Assembly: GCA_963741245.1 (NCBI GenBank)
Contig: CAVUHR010000023.1
Span: forward strand, 91,167-155,166
DNA from: Nitrospirota bacterium
GTDB taxonomy: Bacteria > Nitrospirota > Nitrospiria > Nitrospirales > Nitrospiraceae
Direction of reading: 5' to 3'
DNA length: 64,000 nt
Positions 59,167 through 64,000 of the stretch are shown piece by piece. The first letter of the stretch is position 1, and each line of letters opens with the position of its first letter. A program made the translations under genes and the position numbers. Under the pieces are notes generated by a model. The model was given only the letters and a program-made list of their open reading frames with translations. It ran no database searches and was not told the origin of the DNA.

Positions 59167-61065
59167 GTGGAACAGGCGGTTGACGTCATTGTAGTGGGTG
59201 GAGGCCATGCCGGCTGTGAAGCCGCCTTGGCCGCGACGCGCATGGGCGCGCGAACCTTGCTGCTCACAATGGATCGCGACCGCATCGCGCAGATGTCGTG
59301 TAACCCGGCGATCGGGGGAATCGCCAAGGGGCATCTGGTAAAGGAAATCGATGCGCTGGGTGGAGAGATGGCGCGGAACACTGATCAAGCCGGCATCCAG
59401 TTCCGTTTCATCAATACGAGTAAAGGCCCGGCGGTGCGAGCCCTCCGCGTCCAATGCGACAAGAAGCTGTATCGAGACGCCATGCAACGAACGTTGGGCC
59501 GGCAGGCAGGGCTGACGGTCGGCGAGGGGACGGTCGATCGTTTGTTGACGCATGCCGGTGCGATCACAGGCGTGGTGACGGATCGCGGTGATCACATCCA
59601 GGCGAAGGCCGTTATTCTGACATCAGGTACCTTTCTTAAGGGACTTATCCATATCGGCTTGAATCATTTTCCTGCGGGACGAGCCGGAGAGGCGTCCGCC
59701 GAGAACCTGTCTGATTGTATGCGCGACCTGGGGTTCGAAGTGGGCCGGCTCAAAACCGGCACGCCTCCTCGCTTAGATGGGGCGACCATCGATTTTTCCG
59801 TGATGGTGCCGCAGCCGGGCGATGATCCGCCGCCACCATTTTCGTATCGGACCGACCGGATTGAAAACCGTCAGCTCCCTTGTCACTTGACCCACACCAA
59901 TCGTGCGACGCACGAATTGATCCAGCGCAATCTGGACCGGTCACCGCTCTACAGCGGCATCATTGAGTCGGTGGGGCCGCGGTATTGTCCGTCGATCGAG
60001 GATAAAGTCGTACGCTTCGCCGACAAAGAACGGCACCAGATTTTTATCGAGCCGGAAGGGTTGGATAGCCGTGAATTTTATCCCAACGGGATCTCTACCA
60101 GCCTACCGGTTGATGTGCAGGCCGCTATTCTGAAGACGATTCCAGGGTTAGAGCAAGCTGCCATGCTCAAGCCAGGGTATGCGATCGAGTACGACTATTT
60201 CCCCCCCCGGCAATTGCATCCCACTCTGGAGACCAAGCTTCTGGCCGGTCTCTACCACGCAGGACAGATCAATGGGACATCTGGATATGAGGAGGCAGCG
60301 GCTCAGGGTCTGATGGCTGGGATCAACGCAGTCTTGAGATTCCGAGGCGAGTTGCCATTAGTGCTCGACCGGTCGCAGGCCTATATTGGTGTGTTAATTG
60401 ACGATCTCATAACTAAAGATGCACGTGAACCCTATCGCATGTTTACATCACGGGCAGAATATCGCCTATTGCTGCGCCATGGAAATGCTGATCTTCGATT
60501 AACTGATACTGGACGGCAGGTTGGGTTGATTTGCGACGAAGTCTATGCAAGGTTCCAGTTAAAACAGCAAGCAATTGAATCTGAGCTCGTGCGCCTCGAA
60601 GAGCTTCGACCAAGACTCACGGAAGCTGTTCGTGAACGCCTAGCTAAGGTTCAGATTGAGGAAATATCCGGGCCCTGCACAGCAGCTCATCTTTTACGGC
60701 GCCAGGGGGCGAGCTATAAGCTTCTGTTAGAGGCACTTGAGGTTGATGCAGTACAAGACATTGAAACTGTTCATGAAATTGAGTTGCAAATCAAGTATTC
60801 AGGTTACATCAAGCGCCAACTTCAACAGATTGGTCGATTCAAAAATCTCGAAACGAAGCCCATTCCGCTAGCCTTCAATTACGATGGGACTCCTGGTTTT
60901 TCGCGAGAGGTCCGTGAAAAGCTAAAAAAAGTTCGCCCTGCATCTATTGGTCAGGCATCGAGAATTTCAGGAGTCACGCCAGCGGCAATTTCTCTTCTCC
61001 TTGTGGCGCTCGAAAAATACAAGGGCGAATCCCGTCGCGATAGCCTCCTACAAGTATCATCCTAG
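59167..61065 (+). CDS. mnmG: tRNA uridine 5-carboxymethylaminomethyl modification enzyme MnmG
   Basis: [18 protein letters not shown] and [21 protein letters not shown]. Start is GTG 59167 or TTG 59161. Confidence 0.9.
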   Translation: MEQAVDVIVVGGGHAGCEAALAATRMGARTLLLTMDRDRIAQMSCNPAIGGIAKGHLVKEIDALGGEMARNTDQAGIQFRFINTSKGPAVRALRVQCDKKLYRDAMQRTLGRQAGLTVGEGTVDRLLTHAGAITGVVTDRGDHIQAKAVILTSGTFLKGLIHIGLNHFPAGRAGEASAENLSDCMRDLGFEVGRLKTGTPPRLDGATIDFSVMVPQPGDDPPPPFSYRTDRIENRQLPCHLTHTNRATHELIQRNLDRSPLYSGIIESVGPRYCPSIEDKVVRFADKERHQIFIEPEGLDSREFYPNGISTSLPVDVQAAILKTIPGLEQAAMLKPGYAIEYDYFPPRQLHPTLETKLLAGLYHAGQINGTSGYEEAAAQGLMAGINAVLRFRGELPLVLDRSQAYIGVLIDDLITKDAREPYRMFTSRAEYRLLLRHGNADLRLTDTGRQVGLICDEVYARFQLKQQAIESELVRLEELRPRLTEAVRERLAKVQIEEISGPCTAAHLLRRQGASYKLLLEALEVDAVQDIETVHEIELQIKYSGYIKRQLQQIGRFKNLETKPIPLAFNYDGTPGFSREVREKLKKVRPASIGQASRISGVTPAAISLLLVALEKYKGESRRDSLLQVSS

Positions 61066-61133
61066 GCGAGAAAACGCAGAGATTTTAACTATCCATTCTG
61101 GAATGTCTTGACCTCATCTGCTGATTCACGTAA

Positions 61134-61799
61134 TTGTTCCACGTGGAACATAAACCAGAATTGTTCGAATTCACGATTAGTTCCGTAAGGGAACTAGGGC
61201 TGACTATCGATGATAGCCAGGCTGAGCAGTTCGTGCGGTATCTCGCTCACTTGATTGAGTGGAATAAGACGATCAATCTCACGGCGATCATCGATCCTAG
61301 GGAAATCATCATCAAGCACTTCGTTGACTCGCTCACTGCGCTTATCGCGACAAGTTTTCCACAAAATGGCGTGGTGCTCGATGTCGGGGCTGGAGGAGGC
61401 TTCCCTGGTATCCCTCTTAAAATCATGAAATCTGACATACGGTTGGTTCTAATAGAGCCAGTTCGGAAAAAATGTTCATTTCTCAACTCAGTGATCGGCC
61501 TGTTAAGGCTTCAGGATGTGTCTACATTTGATGGCACCATCGATCAATATGCCAAGCGGCCGATCCGCCATGCTATTGATATAGTTGTGGTAAGGGCGTT
61601 GAAGTATGAAGAAATAAGGAGTCACATTCCTACGTTGCTGACTTCAAAAGGGAAAATCGTCTTGTATCGAACAGAGGCCATCAAGAAACAGGAAATCGGA
61701 GAAGAGTTTCATCTTGTGAGCGAAACGGCCTTTGTTCTCCCGCAAGGATCTGGCAAGAGAGTTGTCACAGTGATGGAGAGGAAAAACTTCATAATATAA
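61134..61799 (+). CDS. rsmG: 16S rRNA (guanine527-N7)-methyltransferase RsmG
   Basis: WNKTINLTAI, KHFVDSL and LDVGAGGGFPGIPLKI. TTG start. Confidence 0.9.
   Translation: MFHVEHKPELFEFTISSVRELGLTIDDSQAEQFVRYLAHLIEWNKTINLTAIIDPREIIIKHFVDSLTALIATSFPQNGVVLDVGAGGGFPGIPLKIMKSDIRLVLIEPVRKKCSFLNSVIGLLRLQDVSTFDGTIDQYAKRPIRHAIDIVVVRALKYEEIRSHIPTLLTSKGKIVLYRTEAIKKQEIGEEFHLVSETAFVLPQGSGKRVVTVMERKNFII
61135..61150. promoter_or_regulatory. parS: parS centromere site (perfect 16-bp palindrome)
   Basis: TGTTCCACGTGGAACA. Overlaps the rsmG start codon. Confidence 0.85.
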
Positions 61800-61816
61800 A
61801 CAATCATATATGTAAA

Positions 61817-61832
61817 AGTTCCACGTGGAACA
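61817..61832. promoter_or_regulatory. parS: parS centromere site (15/16)
   Basis: AGTTCCACGTGGAACA, between rsmG and parA. Confidence 0.8.
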
Positions 61833-61875
61833 TTATTGATGAATACCTGAAGGAGTGATTGGTTCAATATAAAAT

Positions 61876-62652
61876 ATGGCAAAGATTGTAGCGATCGCAA
61901 ATCAGAAAGGTGGCGTAGGAAAGACCACAACAGCCGTAAATCTTGCCGCTGGTGTCGCGCTCCTGGGCAAGCGTGTTTTGCTTGTGGATATGGATCCGCA
62001 AGGGAACGCCACAAGCGGACTGGGGGTTGACCCCCGTTCCTTACAGACTACTGTGTACAACTGTCTGATTAATTATGTGAAATTTCATGATGCTGTGCAA
62101 GTCACAGAAGTGAACGGTTTGTCACTTTTGCCGGCAAATGCTGACTTGTCTGGGGCCGAAATAGAGCTGGTGAACATTGAAGAGCGGGAAAAATTGCTTC
62201 GGCATTTCTTGCGAGATGTTGATCAGTTATTCGACGTTATCTTTCTCGATTGTCCTCCTACATTGGGAATTCTGACGGTGAACGCACTCGTCGCAGCTCG
62301 TAGCATTTTAGTTCCGGTTCAATGTGAGTACTATGCCATGGAAGGGTTAAGTCGCTTGGTTGGAAACATTGATCGAGTTCGTCAGTCCTTTAACCCGGAG
62401 CTCCAGTTGGAAGGGATCGTCTTGACAATGTTTGATGCGAGGAATACGTTGGCGCGTCAGGTCGTTGGGCAAGTTCGCGAGTATTTCAAAGAGGTCGTCT
62501 ACAACACGGTGATTCCCCGCAATGTGACACTCGCCGAGGCCCCAAGTTTCGGACGTCCGGCCATGTTATATAACGTCGCATCGGCAGGATCTCAAGCCTA
62601 TTTGTCCTTAGCCAAGGAGTTTATGAGTCATGGAGAAAAAAGCGCTCGGTAG
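61876..62652 (+). CDS. parA: Chromosome partitioning ATPase ParA/Soj
   Basis: Deviant Walker A: KIVAIANQKGGVGKTTTAVNLA. Confidence 0.95.
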   Translation: MAKIVAIANQKGGVGKTTTAVNLAAGVALLGKRVLLVDMDPQGNATSGLGVDPRSLQTTVYNCLINYVKFHDAVQVTEVNGLSLLPANADLSGAEIELVNIEEREKLLRHFLRDVDQLFDVIFLDCPPTLGILTVNALVAARSILVPVQCEYYAMEGLSRLVGNIDRVRQSFNPELQLEGIVLTMFDARNTLARQVVGQVREYFKEVVYNTVIPRNVTLAEAPSFGRPAMLYNVASAGSQAYLSLAKEFMSHGEKSAR

Positions 62653-63478
62653 AGGACTCGACGCACTGCTACCCGCCACCAAGCCCGTACCGATGCCGGA
62701 ATTGCCGGAGGTTCAACATCTGCGTGTCGATGCGATCGTGCCGAATCGGTATCAGCCGAGACAAACCTTTTCTCCTCAGGAACTAGCAGAACTCACGGCT
62801 TCATTGAAGCAAAGTGGAATGCTGCAACCAATTTTAGTGCGCCGGAAGGGTGACGGAATGTACGAACTCATTTCCGGTGAACGGCGGTGGCGCGCGGCGA
62901 AAGAAGCAGGGTTGGAAACGATTCAAGCCGTGATTCGCAATTGCGGAGATGAAGAATCTGTCGTCCTGGCATTGGTAGAAAACCTTCAGCGAGCAGATCT
63001 CAATCCCATGGAAATGGCCAGAGCCTACCATCGGATGATGAACGAATTTGGACTGACTCAGGACATAATTGCGCAACGAATCAGTTGTGAGCGATCATCG
63101 ATCGCCAATGTCGTGCGTCTTATGAATCTTCCTTCAGAGATCCAGCAGCTGATTGAAACGAATCAGCTCTCCATGGGACATGCCAAAGTGATTCTCGGTC
63201 TTCCTGGCCAGAATGAACAGCTTAGAGTCTCCCAGCTCGTGGTTTCAAAGGCCTTATCGGTGAGAGAGACGGAAAAACTCATAGAATCCTCACCAGTTGC
63301 AAAGAAGCGAGGGACAAAGGAATTACAGAGAACGCCCTGGTCTGATGTTGAAGAGCGATTGCAAAAACGATTAGGCACCAAAGTCATAATCCAAAAAGGG
63401 AGACGTGGCGGGAAAATCGTTATTCACTACTTCTCTCCTCCTGAACTCGACGGGATTCTTGAGAAACTTCTGAATTAA
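62630..63478 (+). CDS. parB: Chromosome partitioning protein ParB/Spo0J
   Basis: ALGRGLDALL, LISGERRWRAAKEAGL and an HTH region. Confidence 0.95.
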   Translation: MEKKALGRGLDALLPATKPVPMPELPEVQHLRVDAIVPNRYQPRQTFSPQELAELTASLKQSGMLQPILVRRKGDGMYELISGERRWRAAKEAGLETIQAVIRNCGDEESVVLALVENLQRADLNPMEMARAYHRMMNEFGLTQDIIAQRISCERSSIANVVRLMNLPSEIQQLIETNQLSMGHAKVILGLPGQNEQLRVSQLVVSKALSVRETEKLIESSPVAKKRGTKELQRTPWSDVEERLQKRLGTKVIIQKGRRGGKIVIHYFSPPELDGILEKLLN

Positions 63479-63636
63479 TCCACACCGCATTCTCGTTTCG
63501 TAGAAGTCATGAGAGGTAGAGGCATACTTGTTGCTTCTACGTATTCGTGACCCTATCTATTCTTATCGACTATTTCCCATAACAGCATCACAACTGCGTT
63601 GGAATAGTGGAGTCGCCAACTTCTGGAGACGCGTTC

Positions 63637-64000
63637 ATGTGGGGGCAGGAAAAAAAGGAAGTGACGAGCTCAAGCGAGCAGGAAGGCGAAGAGGTTATTA
63701 TGGTTGCTGCCAACTCACCAATTGCCGAGGGGACTGGGGACATTAATGCCTTTGTGGGAAAGGGTGTTGAGTTCAAGGGCACTATCACTTATAGCGGCAC
63801 GATTAGAATTGACGGGTATCTCGACGGAGAAATTCACACTGATGGCGTGGTGCTGATTGGTGAAGAGGCCGTCATCCAGGCAAAAATCACCGCCGGAACG
63901 GTTGTGTGTAAAGGAAAGGTCACCGGGGATATCGATGCGAAGGAGTGCGTCAAGCTCCGGGCTCCGGCCGTAATAAATGGGAGTGTCAAGGCGCCAGTAC
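63637..64000 (+). CDS. Bactofilin (DUF583/CcmA-like) cytoskeletal protein, 3'-truncated by the window
   Basis: Manual translation: MWGQEKKEVT...FVGKGVEFKGTITYSGTIRIDGYLDGEIHTDGVVLIGEEAVIQAKITAGTVVCKGKVTGDIDA. This is the typical bactofilin beta-helix repeat. Confidence 0.8.
   Translation, partial: MWGQEKKEVTSSSEQEGEEVIMVAANSPIAEGTGDINAFVGKGVEFKGTITYSGTIRIDGYLDGEIHTDGVVLIGEEAVIQAKITAGTVVCKGKVTGDIDAKECVKLRAPAVINGSVKAPV

Noticed and set aside
63499-63541. Hairpin CGTAGAAG...CTTCTACG after parB as a terminator.
   Set aside because: The 8-bp stem encloses a ~27-nt loop and there is no U-tract. Too weak to call.

Overview
GC-rich bacterial chromosomal segment, apparently origin-proximal. I saw no rRNA, tRNA, CRISPR array, transposase or phage genes.

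Layout:
- 1-5.6 kb: housekeeping genes (gloA-like, GNAT, deacetylase, M50 protease, YihY).
- 6.0-21.7 kb, minus strand: complete complex I operon nuoA-B-CD-E-F-G-H-I-J-K-L-M-N, preceded by a MidA/NDUFAF7-type methyltransferase.
- 23.7-26.4 kb: secA.
- 26.7-39.7 kb: accessory island of secreted, outer-membrane and redox proteins.
- 39.8-54.2 kb: tesA/ybbA/ybbP-like genes, a sugar dehydrogenase, pepN, rpiA-glk-pgl-pgi and an L,D-transpeptidase.
- 54.9-64.0 kb: rpmH-rnpA-yidD-yidC-mnmE-mnmG-rsmG-parA-parB-bactofilin, with two parS sites.

The island holds:
- five paralogous small His/Cys proteins
- two MetA-type porins, one decayed
- a TlpA-like thioredoxin
- a YVTN lipoprotein
- a P460-like protein
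- an SmbP-like His-rich protein
- a monohaem cytochrome c
- a CcdA
- two HMA-like proteins

Most notable observations:
1. One of the two adjacent HMA-like paralogues has an in-frame TGA that aligns without gaps to the conserved Cys of the other. A stem-loop follows it, making it a candidate selenoprotein.
2. The CcdA thiol-disulfide transporter has its first TM helix (SPCVLPLVPAY) moved to the C-terminus, an apparent circular permutation.
3. Long imperfect hairpins built from tandem 7-mer or 9-mer 'words' occupy nearly every nuo intergenic spacer and several other sites.
4. There is a ~126-nt rod-like element with terminal inverted repeats, and a ~620-bp segmental duplication.
5. Apparent frameshifts are unusually frequent. 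They may be real decay or assembly indels.

All coordinates were read by eye and may be off by a few nt. Family assignments rest on recognised motifs, not on searches.
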